This document shows, in pieces, positions 12,339 through 21,289 of a stretch of DNA of 64,000 nt. A program made the translations under genes and the position numbers. This DNA is from Anthoceros angustus. Taxonomy: Eukaryota > Plantae > Anthocerotophyta. Within the stretch, counting starts at the first letter, position 1. Every line of letters starts with the position of its first letter. Location of the stretch: assembly GCA_010909165.1 (NCBI GenBank), contig VJWM01000327.1, positions 1 through 64,000 of the forward strand. The letters run 5' to 3'. The notes beneath the pieces were generated by a model. The model had not been told where the DNA came from. It saw only the letters and a list, made by a program, of their open reading frames with translations, and did no database searches.

Positions 12339-15300
12339 ATGGGTATTGTAGGAAGAGCTTCCGCTTGCCTGAGTTCAACAGGGAAGGAAGCGTTGGCGCA
12401 CAACGGAAGGGTAACGGTTGAAGCCGTGAGCAAGCTGTGTCAGGAGGGGAGCATCACTCAGGCTGTGGATGCCTTGGAGCTTCTGTTGCATACCGACTGC
12501 TGCTCTGTTTCCAGATCCCTCTTTTACACCGTTTTGAAGAAATGTGTGGCCGAGAGGGATCTCGTCCAGGGCAGCCGGGTCCATGCTCTCACGGTGAAGC
12601 GGGGATTCCAGTCGGACACGTTCCTGTGCAACCACATCCTGCGGATGTATGCTTCTCATGGCAGGTTGCGAGAGGCAATGGATGTGTTTGATGCCGTTGC
12701 TGACCCAGATGCCTTCATGTGGTCTTCCATAATTTCTGCCCATGTTAGACGTGGACAAGATAAGCGGGCCATACAGCTCTACCATGCCATGTGCATGTCC
12801 GGTGCAATCCCAGATGGGCATGTGTTTGTGGCAGCCCTCCAGGCCTGTGCAAGGGGCGCAGACTTGAAATCTGGACAGCAGGTGCATGCTGACCTGTTGG
12901 CTTCCGGCATCGAACCTAATTTGTACCTGTCTAGTTGCTTGGTGGACATGTATGCGAAGTGTGGCAGGTTGGAGCATGCTCAGGCTGTTTTTGGGGGACT
13001 TCGTCAGAAAGATGTTGTAACGTGGAATGCCATGATTGCAGGGTGTGCTCAGCATGGCAGGGGGCTGGAAGCCCTTCGTCTCTACACTGCTATGCAAGAG
13101 GGAGGCATGGCTGTACCCAGCCGTGTTACATTTGTCAGCCTCTTACACGGATGTGCAAGTGTGGGGGCCCAAGCGCTGGAGAAGGGGAAGCAGCTTCATG
13201 CTCAAATTAGAGAACAAGGACATGAGGCTGATTTGGTTGTAGCCAACAGTTTGGTGAGCATGTATGCAAAGTGTGGCAGCTTGGAAGATGCGCAAACTGT
13301 GTTTGATGGACTTGGTCAGAAAGATGTGGTGACGTGGACTGCCATGATAGCAGGATACTCCCAGCGGGCGATGGGGTGGGAAGCCCTTCGTCTTTACAGT
13401 GCGATGCAGGATGAAGGCATGACGGTGCCAAATCCGGTGACCTTTGTGTGCCTGCTGCAGGCTTGTGCAAATGTGGGTTCCCTGGCTTTAGAGATGGGGA
13501 AGCAGCTTCACATGCAAATTAGGGGACTGGGTCATCAAGCTGATGGGATTGTAGCCAACAGTTTGGTGAACATGTATGCAAAGTGTGGCAGCTTGGAAGA
13601 TGCGCAAACTGTGTTCAATGGACTTGCTGTCAAAGATGTGGTGACGTGGACCGCCATGATAGCAGGATATTCTCAGCAGGGCATGGGCCAGGAAGCCCTT
13701 CATCTCTACAGTGCGATGGAAGAAGAAGGCATCGCTGTGCCCGATTCTGTGACATTTGTGTGCATCCTGCAGGCATGTGCAACCTTGGGCACCCCGGCGT
13801 TGGAGAAGGGCAAGCATCTCCATACGCAGATTAGAGAAATAGGACAGCAAGGTGATGTGTTTGTAGCAAGCAGTTTGGTGAACATGTATGTAAAGTGTGG
13901 GAGCTTGGAAGATGCTCAGAAAGTGTTTGATGGACTTGGTCAAAAAAATGAGGTGGCATGGACTGCCATGATAGCAGGATATTCGCAGCAGGGCATGGGG
14001 CAGGAAGCTCTTCGTCTCTACAGTGCTATGCAAGAAGAAGGCATGGCTGCACCCAATCCTGTGACATATGTGTGCCTCCTGCAGGCGTGTGCTAGTGTGG
14101 GCACCTCAGCCTTGGAAAAGGGGAGGCATCTTCATGTGGAACTTAGAGAACAAGGACACCAAGCTGATGTGTCAGTGGCCAACAGTCTGCTGAACATGTA
14201 TGCAAAGTGTGGCAGCTTGGACGATGCTCGGATAGTGTTTGACAGCCTCGACCACAAGGATGTGCTGACGTGGACTGCCATGATAGCAGGATATTCACAG
14301 CAGGGAAAAGGGGAGGTAGCCCTTAATCTCTACAGTGTTATGCAAGAAGAAGGCATCAGTGTACCGGGTAATGTAACATTTCTGTTCCTCCTGCAGGCAT
14401 GTGCCAGTGTGGGAGCCCTGGCCTTGGAGACGGGGAAGCATCTTCATGTACAAATCAGAGGAAGAGGACAGCAAGATGATGTGTTTGTTGCCAGCAGTTT
14501 GGTGAACATGTATGCAAAGTGTGGCAGCTTGGAGGATGCTCGGACAGTGTTTGATGGACTTGGTAACAAAGATGTGGTAACCTGGACTGCCATGATAGCT
14601 GGATATGCCCAGCAGGGCTTGGGGCAGGAAGCCCTTCGTCTCTACAGTGCTATGCAGGAAGAAGGCCTCACTGCACCCAATTCCACAACATTTGTGTGCC
14701 TCCTGCAGGCATGTGCAAATGTGGCAGCTCTCAGTGTTGGAAGGCAGCTACATGCTCAGATTGTAGAACAAGGGTTTGAAACTGATGTATTTGTAGCACA
14801 CAGTTTGATTAACATGTACGGAAAGTGTGGCAGTATGCTTGAAGCACGGCAGTCATTGTATGCGTTGCCGGAGAGAGATGTTGTCGCCTGGAATGCGCTT
14901 ATTGCAGGCTACACCTGTCAAGGAGACAGTGAAACGGTCTTTGACTTAGTTCAGAGAATGAGAGAGGATGGTGTACAGCCAGATGGCATCACACTTCTCA
15001 GTGTGCTCACAGTTTGCAGTCATGCGGGCCTTGTGGAAAAGGGGCGGCAGTACTTTGACGCTATGAGCAGCCAGTACAGAATCACCCCCACTAAGGACCA
15101 CTACAAATGTATGGTGGATCTACTGGGTCGTGCAGGGCTACTGGAGGAGGCACTAGATTTGGTAAGCACAATGCCTGTACTGCCTGATGCTGCAGTTTGG
15201 AGCACTCTATTGAGTGCTTGTCGAACGTGGAGCAATGTGGAGGTGGCACACCATGTTTTCAATGAAGGAATGAAGCTAGACAAGGAAGACGCCTCAGCAT

Positions 15301-15497
15301 ATTTGTTGATGTCAAACGTCTACGCCGGTGCCCAGATGTGGGAGCAGGCGGGGAAGATTTCATTGAGAAGACAGAGAATCAGGGCGTGGAAGCGGCCAGG
15401 TCAGAGCTGGTGGACAGACAAGGACGGACTTGTCCATAGCTTTTTGGTTGGTCATGAGAGGCAGGACTGTTTTCAAAAAACCACAGCACTGGCATAA
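12339..15497 (+). CDS. PLS-class pentatricopeptide repeat protein, E1-E2-E+ (WW-type PG box, no catalytic DYW core); candidate organellar RNA editing factor
   Basis: Intronless ORF of about 1050 aa (first in-frame ATG 12339). About 26 P/L/S motifs (DVVTWTAMIAGY, VTFVCLLQACA, SLVNMYAKCGSLEDA), then E1 (DAAVWSTLL), E2 (DASAYLLMSNVY), then KRPGQSWWTD...HSFLVG and a stop. Confidence 0.95.
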   Translation: MGIVGRASACLSSTGKEALAHNGRVTVEAVSKLCQEGSITQAVDALELLLHTDCCSVSRSLFYTVLKKCVAERDLVQGSRVHALTVKRGFQSDTFLCNHILRMYASHGRLREAMDVFDAVADPDAFMWSSIISAHVRRGQDKRAIQLYHAMCMSGAIPDGHVFVAALQACARGADLKSGQQVHADLLASGIEPNLYLSSCLVDMYAKCGRLEHAQAVFGGLRQKDVVTWNAMIAGCAQHGRGLEALRLYTAMQEGGMAVPSRVTFVSLLHGCASVGAQALEKGKQLHAQIREQGHEADLVVANSLVSMYAKCGSLEDAQTVFDGLGQKDVVTWTAMIAGYSQRAMGWEALRLYSAMQDEGMTVPNPVTFVCLLQACANVGSLALEMGKQLHMQIRGLGHQADGIVANSLVNMYAKCGSLEDAQTVFNGLAVKDVVTWTAMIAGYSQQGMGQEALHLYSAMEEEGIAVPDSVTFVCILQACATLGTPALEKGKHLHTQIREIGQQGDVFVASSLVNMYVKCGSLEDAQKVFDGLGQKNEVAWTAMIAGYSQQGMGQEALRLYSAMQEEGMAAPNPVTYVCLLQACASVGTSALEKGRHLHVELREQGHQADVSVANSLLNMYAKCGSLDDARIVFDSLDHKDVLTWTAMIAGYSQQGKGEVALNLYSVMQEEGISVPGNVTFLFLLQACASVGALALETGKHLHVQIRGRGQQDDVFVASSLVNMYAKCGSLEDARTVFDGLGNKDVVTWTAMIAGYAQQGLGQEALRLYSAMQEEGLTAPNSTTFVCLLQACANVAALSVGRQLHAQIVEQGFETDVFVAHSLINMYGKCGSMLEARQSLYALPERDVVAWNALIAGYTCQGDSETVFDLVQRMREDGVQPDGITLLSVLTVCSHAGLVEKGRQYFDAMSSQYRITPTKDHYKCMVDLLGRAGLLEEALDLVSTMPVLPDAAVWSTLLSACRTWSNVEVAHHVFNEGMKLDKEDASAYLLMSNVYAGAQMWEQAGKISLRRQRIRAWKRPGQSWWTDKDGLVHSFLVGHERQDCFQKTTALA

Positions 15498-15579
15498 AAG
15501 TCATAATTGCTGCGTACAGTCAGTGCTCACAGGGTGTTTTCGGAGAGTAATTCTCCCAGCATCGTTATTTCAAGACATG

Positions 15580-15643
15580 ATCTGCCCAGCTCTACTTCAT
15601 CACATGGCATAATCTGCCCAGCTCTACTTCATCACATGGCATA
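15580..15643. repeat. Perfect 32-bp tandem duplication in the convergent 3' region of PPR gene 1 and the lectin
   Basis: ATCTGCCCAGCTCTACTTCATCACATGGCATA at 15580 and 15612. Confidence 0.9.
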
Positions 15644-15655
15644 ATCTTCACATCT

Positions 15656-16080
15656 TCATTGCACCTCATCGGTGAGCCACATGGCGACTCCTTGGATATT
15701 GTAGATGACCGCGTTACCATCTTCACGGACAACAAGCTGGCAGCCACCACCGCCTCCAGAGGTCTGGGATGCCCACAGAGGTTGCTGGGTGTCACTGTCG
15801 TAGATGACAGCATCGCAGTCATGCTGCATGACGAGCTTGCAGCGTGCTGCACTGCCGGCAGTTCGGCTAGCCCACAGCGGGAACTGGGTACCAAGATGAT
15901 AGAGAGTCGGATTGCAGTACTCCGTATCCACGAAGTGTCCATCCGGAGTCCATGCTCGAACCGGCCAACAAGTGCAGATACAGGGTGGATGGGATGTGCT
16001 CTGGCAACACCAGGCCCAGATCCTCCCATCAGCGGCATTGCCACCACCACGACCAGCACCAGCCATGTGAGGGAAGCCAT
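15656..16080 (-). pseudogene. Bulb-type (GNA-related, B-lectin) mannose-binding lectin with signal peptide; frameshifted near 15930
   Basis: Signal-peptide-like MASLTWLVLVVVVAMPLMGG (ATG 16080) in one frame. B-lectin repeats CNPTLY...PLWASRT...CKLVMQHDCDAVIY...PLWASQT...CQLVVREDGNAVIY...AMW in another frame, ending at 15656. Confidence 0.8.
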
Positions 16081-16751
16081 AGCGTGGAAGTTGGAAGGGG
16101 CACCCTTTGTCCATGGATTTGAAGGGTTTCGTTGAGCCGTGCTGTAGACCATTGGGTAGTATCTGCGGCCGGACATCGAAACATCTCGCATCTCGACATC
16201 TGCGGTCTATCGTATCAGCGCCTGCCCTTCCCGGCGACCAACCTTCCCGCAACAGGACCTTTGGGTAACCTGGAGAAAATCCCATCTACCCCGAGACAAA
16301 GGGGAACAACCCATAGGAGGGCACCGGCACTGGCTCTCTTTTCACCGTCCGCAGTGTTCAACAAGTTCATCTACCCCGAGTTCCTGTTCTTGATGAGCGG
16401 GAGAGATGAGCATTTAAACGTAATTGGCAAGCGGTTCAATTGTTCATTCCGGAGGGTGAAAAGCATAATCGAGGAAGTCCGGTTGCAACTTCAAACTTAG
16501 TCATCGAGTTTATCCAAACCGGAGGGATGTAGTTTAGATAGCACAGTTCACCAAGCTCGGATCAGTGGAATGAAAGGACCGGGAAAATGATTTATGGTCA
16601 ATGAGAACTCAGTCTGGGGCTGATAGTGATGGGTGAAAGCTCCAATCATGGCTGCCTGGCTTGCTGCATTTCCCGTGGCTCTGCGGGCCTGACTTCGAAC
16701 TGCGAATTGGTTTAGGCTCTCGGGTGTCCGCCTTGCAACACATTCCATAGA

Positions 16752-19700
16752 ATGGATGGCTGGAGATGGTGGGCGACAGGTAATGCTGAGGCGACGGTTT
16801 TTTCTGGACCACACAGCGTGGTGCAGCAGAAGAGGAGCTCTCCTTCGCCTGACTTACGGCAATGGGGGGCCCAGGAGGTTCAATGGCTTGGCAGCTCGTG
16901 TAAGCCAGGTTGGGTGGATGCGAGGCTGGCTGCTGTGAATATGGAGATGGGTGGTCGTGCACCTACGACCCACTGGAGCCTGCCGGATGGTCGGGACCCT
17001 TGCGGGCCTGCAGGATACGAAAGGGGCGTGATGGGTGAGACCGTGAGGCAACTATGTGAGCAGGGGCAGCCCATGGAGGCTGTCGAGGCTCTGGGCCTTC
17101 TGGTGCGGACACACTGTCGTGTTTCTCAGTCGCTTTTTTATGCTGTCCTGAAAAAATGTGCAGTTGAGAGGGATCTGGTTTTGGGTCGCCGTGTGCATGC
17201 TGTCATTCTGAAAGGGGGGTACCAGTCGGATACGTTCTTGTGCAATCACATCATGCGGATGTATGTTTCTCATTCCAGGTTGGAAGAAGCGATGGATGTG
17301 TTTGTGGGCATGGCCAACCCCGATGCCTTCACCTGGTCTGCTATCATTTCTGCACTTGTTAAACACGGGCGGGATAAGGAGGCCATAGCGCTGTACCGTC
17401 GTATGCGCATGTCAAGTGTGAAGCCAGATGGGCATGTTTTTGTCGCAGCCCTTCAGGCTTGTGGTAGGGGAGGAGACTTGGAAACTGGGCAGCAGGTGCA
17501 CGCTGATGTGCTGGCCTGTGGCGTGGAGCCTGATTCATTTGTTTGTAATTCCCTGGTGGGCATGTATGCAAAGTGTGGCAGCTTGGGAGACGCTCAAAGA
17601 GTGTTTGATAGACTGAGTAAGAAGAATGTGGTGACTTGGACCGCTCTGATTGCGGGATATTCCCAGCAGGGTATGGGGCAGGAGGCACTGAGTCTTTTTG
17701 GGGCTATGCAAGACGAAGGCATGACCTTACCTGATGCTGTGACATTTTTGTGCCTCCTGCAGGCGTGTGCAAGTGTGGGTGCCATGGCTCTGGAGAAAGG
17801 GAGACAGCTTCATGCAACAATTAGGGAACAAGGACATGAAGGTGATGTGTTTGTTGCTAGCAGTTTGGTAAACATGTATGCAAAGTGTGGCAGCTTGGAC
17901 GATGCTCAGAGAGTGTTTGATGGGATTGTGCACAGGGATGTGGTGACATGGAGTGCCATGATAGCAGGATATTCCCAGCAGGGCAGGGGACAGGAAGCTC
18001 TGCGTCTGTACAGTGCTATGCGGGCAGAAGGCATTGTTGTGCTTGATTCTGTGACATTTCTGTGTCTCCTGCAGGCATGTGCAAGCGTGGGCACCCCGGC
18101 TCTGGAGAAAGGGAAGCAGCTTCATGCACAAATTAGAGAACAAGGACTTCAAGCTGATGACTTTGTAGCCAGCAGTTTGGTTAGCATGTATGCAAAGTGT
18201 GGCAGCTTGCACAATGCTCAGAGTGTGTTTGACGCACTTTCTAGAAAAGATGCTGTAACATGGAGTGCCCTGATAGCAGGATATGTCCAGCAAGGCATGG
18301 GGGAGGAAGCTCTTCATCTCTACAGTATGCAGGAAGAGGGCATCATTGCACTTGATTCTGAGAAATGTGTGTGCCTTCTTCAGACATGTGCAATTTTGGG
18401 CACCCCTGCTTTGGAGAAGGGAAGGCAGCTTCATGTAAAAATTAGAGAAGTGGGACTACAAGCTGATGCTTTTGTGGCCAACAGTTTGATAGCCATGTAT
18501 GCAAGGTGTGGCAGCGTAGAGGATGCTCGGATTGTGTTTGACACACTTGCTCGAAAAGATGTGGTAACATGGAATGCCATGTTTGCAGGATTTTCCCAGC
18601 AGGCCATGGGGCAGGAAGCCCTTTATCTCTTCGAGGCTATGCAAAAAGAAGGCAGTGTGAAACCCAATTCTGCAACTTTTGTGTGCCTCCTGCAAGCATG
18701 TGCAAGTGTCGGCTCCCTGGCCTTGGATAAGGGGAAGCAGCTTCATGTCCATATTAGAGAACAAGGACTTCAAGCTGACGTGTTTGTAGGAAGCAGTTTG
18801 GTAAACATGTACACAAAGTGTGGCAGCGTAGAGGATGCTCGGGGTGTGTTTGATGGACTGAGTCAAAAAAACGTGGTGACATGGAATGCCATGGTATCAG
18901 GATATTCACAGCAGGGAATGGATCAGGAAGCCCTTCATCTTTATAGGGAAATGCAAGAGGAAGGCATGACTGCACCTGATTCTGTGACATTTGTGTGCCT
19001 CCTACAGGCATGTGCTGGTGTGGCAGCCCTCCACGTGGGAAGGCAGCTTCATGCACAGATTCAAGATCAAGGCCTTCAAGCTGACGTGATTGTAGGAAAC
19101 AGTTTGATAACCATGTATGCAAATTCAGGGAGCATGCTTGATGCACAGCAGGTGTTTGACGCATTGCCCAAAAGAGACGTCATCACCTGGAGTGCATTGA
19201 TTGCAGGATACACCCGTGAAGGAAACAGTGAACGAGTCTTTGACTTGGTGGTCAGAATGAGAGAGGATGGCACACAGCCAGACAGCATCATCCTCCTCGC
19301 TGTACTAACAGTATGCAGTCATGCTGGGCTAGTGAACAAGGGGCAAGAGTACTTCAACGCTATGAGCAGGGACTATGGCATCACCCCCGCTGTGGAGCAC
19401 TATGCATGCATGGTGGATCTCCTTGGTCGTTCCGGCCTAGTGCACGAATCATTGGCTTTGGCCCGGACAATGTCTGTTCCCCCTAATGCTTCAGTTTGGC
19501 ACACTCTTTTGGGCGCTTGCCGAAAGTGGAGCAACGTTGAGGTGGGATGCCATGCCTTTGATGAGGCAGTGAAGCTGGACCAGAAAGATGCTGCAGCATA
19601 TGTATTGATGTCGAACATATACAGTGGTGCCCAGATGTGGGAGCAGGCACAGGAGATGCAGACCAAGAGAATAGGAATCGGGGCATGGAAGCAGCCAGGT

Positions 19701-19799
19701 CAGAGCTGGTGGACAAACATGGAGGGGCGGGTACATAGTTTTTTGGTAGGGGATAAATGGCATCTGAATAATGTTAGAACAAATCAAAGGCAGGCCTAA
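16752..19799 (+). CDS. PLS-class PPR protein, E1-E2-E+ (WW-type), paralogue of 12339-15497; true start codon uncertain
   Basis: Intronless 1015-aa ORF with about 23 PPR motifs. Shares N-terminal motifs (SLFYAVLKKC, DTFLCNHI, PDGHVFVAALQAC) and ends KQPGQSWWTN...HSFLVGDKWH. Confidence 0.95.
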   Translation: MDGWRWWATGNAEATVFSGPHSVVQQKRSSPSPDLRQWGAQEVQWLGSSCKPGWVDARLAAVNMEMGGRAPTTHWSLPDGRDPCGPAGYERGVMGETVRQLCEQGQPMEAVEALGLLVRTHCRVSQSLFYAVLKKCAVERDLVLGRRVHAVILKGGYQSDTFLCNHIMRMYVSHSRLEEAMDVFVGMANPDAFTWSAIISALVKHGRDKEAIALYRRMRMSSVKPDGHVFVAALQACGRGGDLETGQQVHADVLACGVEPDSFVCNSLVGMYAKCGSLGDAQRVFDRLSKKNVVTWTALIAGYSQQGMGQEALSLFGAMQDEGMTLPDAVTFLCLLQACASVGAMALEKGRQLHATIREQGHEGDVFVASSLVNMYAKCGSLDDAQRVFDGIVHRDVVTWSAMIAGYSQQGRGQEALRLYSAMRAEGIVVLDSVTFLCLLQACASVGTPALEKGKQLHAQIREQGLQADDFVASSLVSMYAKCGSLHNAQSVFDALSRKDAVTWSALIAGYVQQGMGEEALHLYSMQEEGIIALDSEKCVCLLQTCAILGTPALEKGRQLHVKIREVGLQADAFVANSLIAMYARCGSVEDARIVFDTLARKDVVTWNAMFAGFSQQAMGQEALYLFEAMQKEGSVKPNSATFVCLLQACASVGSLALDKGKQLHVHIREQGLQADVFVGSSLVNMYTKCGSVEDARGVFDGLSQKNVVTWNAMVSGYSQQGMDQEALHLYREMQEEGMTAPDSVTFVCLLQACAGVAALHVGRQLHAQIQDQGLQADVIVGNSLITMYANSGSMLDAQQVFDALPKRDVITWSALIAGYTREGNSERVFDLVVRMREDGTQPDSIILLAVLTVCSHAGLVNKGQEYFNAMSRDYGITPAVEHYACMVDLLGRSGLVHESLALARTMSVPPNASVWHTLLGACRKWSNVEVGCHAFDEAVKLDQKDAAAYVLMSNIYSGAQMWEQAQEMQTKRIGIGAWKQPGQSWWTNMEGRVHSFLVGDKWHLNNVRTNQRQA

Positions 19800-20057
19800 C
19801 GAGCTTCTTCTGAAAACGAAGAAAGCCAAGTTACAAGCCGTAAGGGCCAGCCGTATGCACTGATTGCGGAAATGTGGTGGGCATGGTTCTTTCTTTACAT
19901 AATTCGGTGTGTCATATGTAACTCTGTGTGTTATGTACAATTCCGTGATAGGCTAGTGGTTATGCAAGTGGCCACACATGCTTTAAGAACGTCGTTGTTA
20001 AGCGCCCTACTCTACAAGCGGGACCTAAATGGGGTACCTAGAAAGGAATGGAAGCTT

Positions 20058-20225
20058 GGTTTACTCCTTGGAGTAAAGTTTATTATATAGAATAAAATTA
20101 TTCATGGAATAAAATTTACTCCATGAAACAAAGCTTACTCCATGGAATAAAGCTTACTCCATGGAGCAAAGTTTATTATATAGAATAAAATTACTCATGG
20201 AGCAAAATTTACTCCATGGAGCAAG
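20058..20225. repeat. Minisatellite of ~19-bp near-palindromic units (TTTACTCCATGGAGTAAA core)
   Basis: About 8-9 degenerate tandem units, each centred on CCATGG or a variant. Confidence 0.85.
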
Positions 20226-20534
20226 TTGCTCGAAGTACCCAGTCCCATGGCGGTGTATCCGTATGGAATACCGTTCTCGTCACGGGCCATCGTGTGTGTG
20301 ACATGTTTTTTTTGGCTGTACCGTACTCAAACATCTTCAAGATTCCTTCGTATAATACTCGCCACATCAGCCTGGGTAGGGTTGTATGCGGGCAAAAAAA
20401 TTTCTATCACACACTTTTGGCCTGGTGTTCCTATCGTGTCGTGCAGAAATTTTGTTCTTTGGGGTTTTAGGGTTACGGTCACCACAAATACATGTTTACA
20501 CGCGGCAGTGCACACATACACAATTTATTTCGTA

Positions 20535-20598
20535 CAGGCTTCGCTCTCGCGTGCAGGCTTCGCTCTCGCGTGTAGGCTTCGCTCTCGTGTGCAGGCTT
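20535..20598. repeat. 19-bp tandem repeat (CAGGCTTCGCTCTCGCGTG), 3 copies plus a partial
   Basis: Units at 20535, 20554, 20573 and a partial at 20592. Confidence 0.9.
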
Positions 20599-21289
20599 GT
20601 GTTAGGTATTTTCCCTTTATTTTCCAAAGTGCTAGTTGCTTCAACTGATGATGGCTGTCATGGTTCCATAAATTGCGGATTTAAATGAATAAAGACTCAT
20701 AGCCAGGCCACCAGGAGGCGGTCCTAAGGTTTTCTCTTGTCTTTTCTCTTGTCTTTTTTTTTCTGTTACAACTGGTATTAGAGCCATGTCCACTGTTCAA
20801 GACTATGGAATGCGGGACCTGCGCGTAGCATCAGGCAGGTGTATGGGCGACCTAACAGTGAGGATAGTGGAATAGCCCTCATCGAGAGAACCAATGGTGG
20901 AAAGCGGTCCCCTACACCACCCCTGCCCAATGAAGCTGTAGCACTTATGGTGGGAGGCATGAAGGCCAAGACCAAGAATGGATGGAGGACGGACAAGGTG
21001 GCTGACCTCAAGTTGAGGTTGTTTGCAAGGATTGTCTTGGGCCTTGTAAATTATGAACACACTTCCTACTTCAGCAATACCTTTCTACATTTCTTGTGGA
21101 AGGTGAAGCGAGGGCAGAAGCCAGATTAGGGACTCATTATGTATGAAGCTTTCATCCACCATTGTGAGAAGCTCCTCAAGCCCATGACGTGGATGAGGAA
21201 GTGCAGTGATGGTAGTATGTTAAAAGCAACTTCAACTTGGAGAGCAGCGCGAGCCGACCACACGAGTGTATGGTTGGTGTTAAGCTCTC

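Noticed and set aside
12339-15497. PPR gene 1 targeting the plastid ccsA YWNWD codons (its code reads UAn UGn AAn URn GAn)
   Set aside because: With S2 at -4 the predicted edited position falls on an A of a Glu codon rather than a C or U, and upstream motifs mismatch. It cannot be supported without the organelle sequence.
15390-15497. U-to-C (DYW:KP-type) editing factor
   Set aside because: The box is PGQSWW (WW type), not KPAxA, and no deaminase core follows.
12375-19940. Antisense and alternative-frame ORFs overlapping the PPR genes
   Set aside because: Shadow ORFs of the repetitive PPR coding sequence; only the lectin segment has independent motifs.
20839-21220. Host gene
   Set aside because: Short, has an in-frame stop and abuts Copia remnants. 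Probably TE-derived coding debris, and I could not assign a family.
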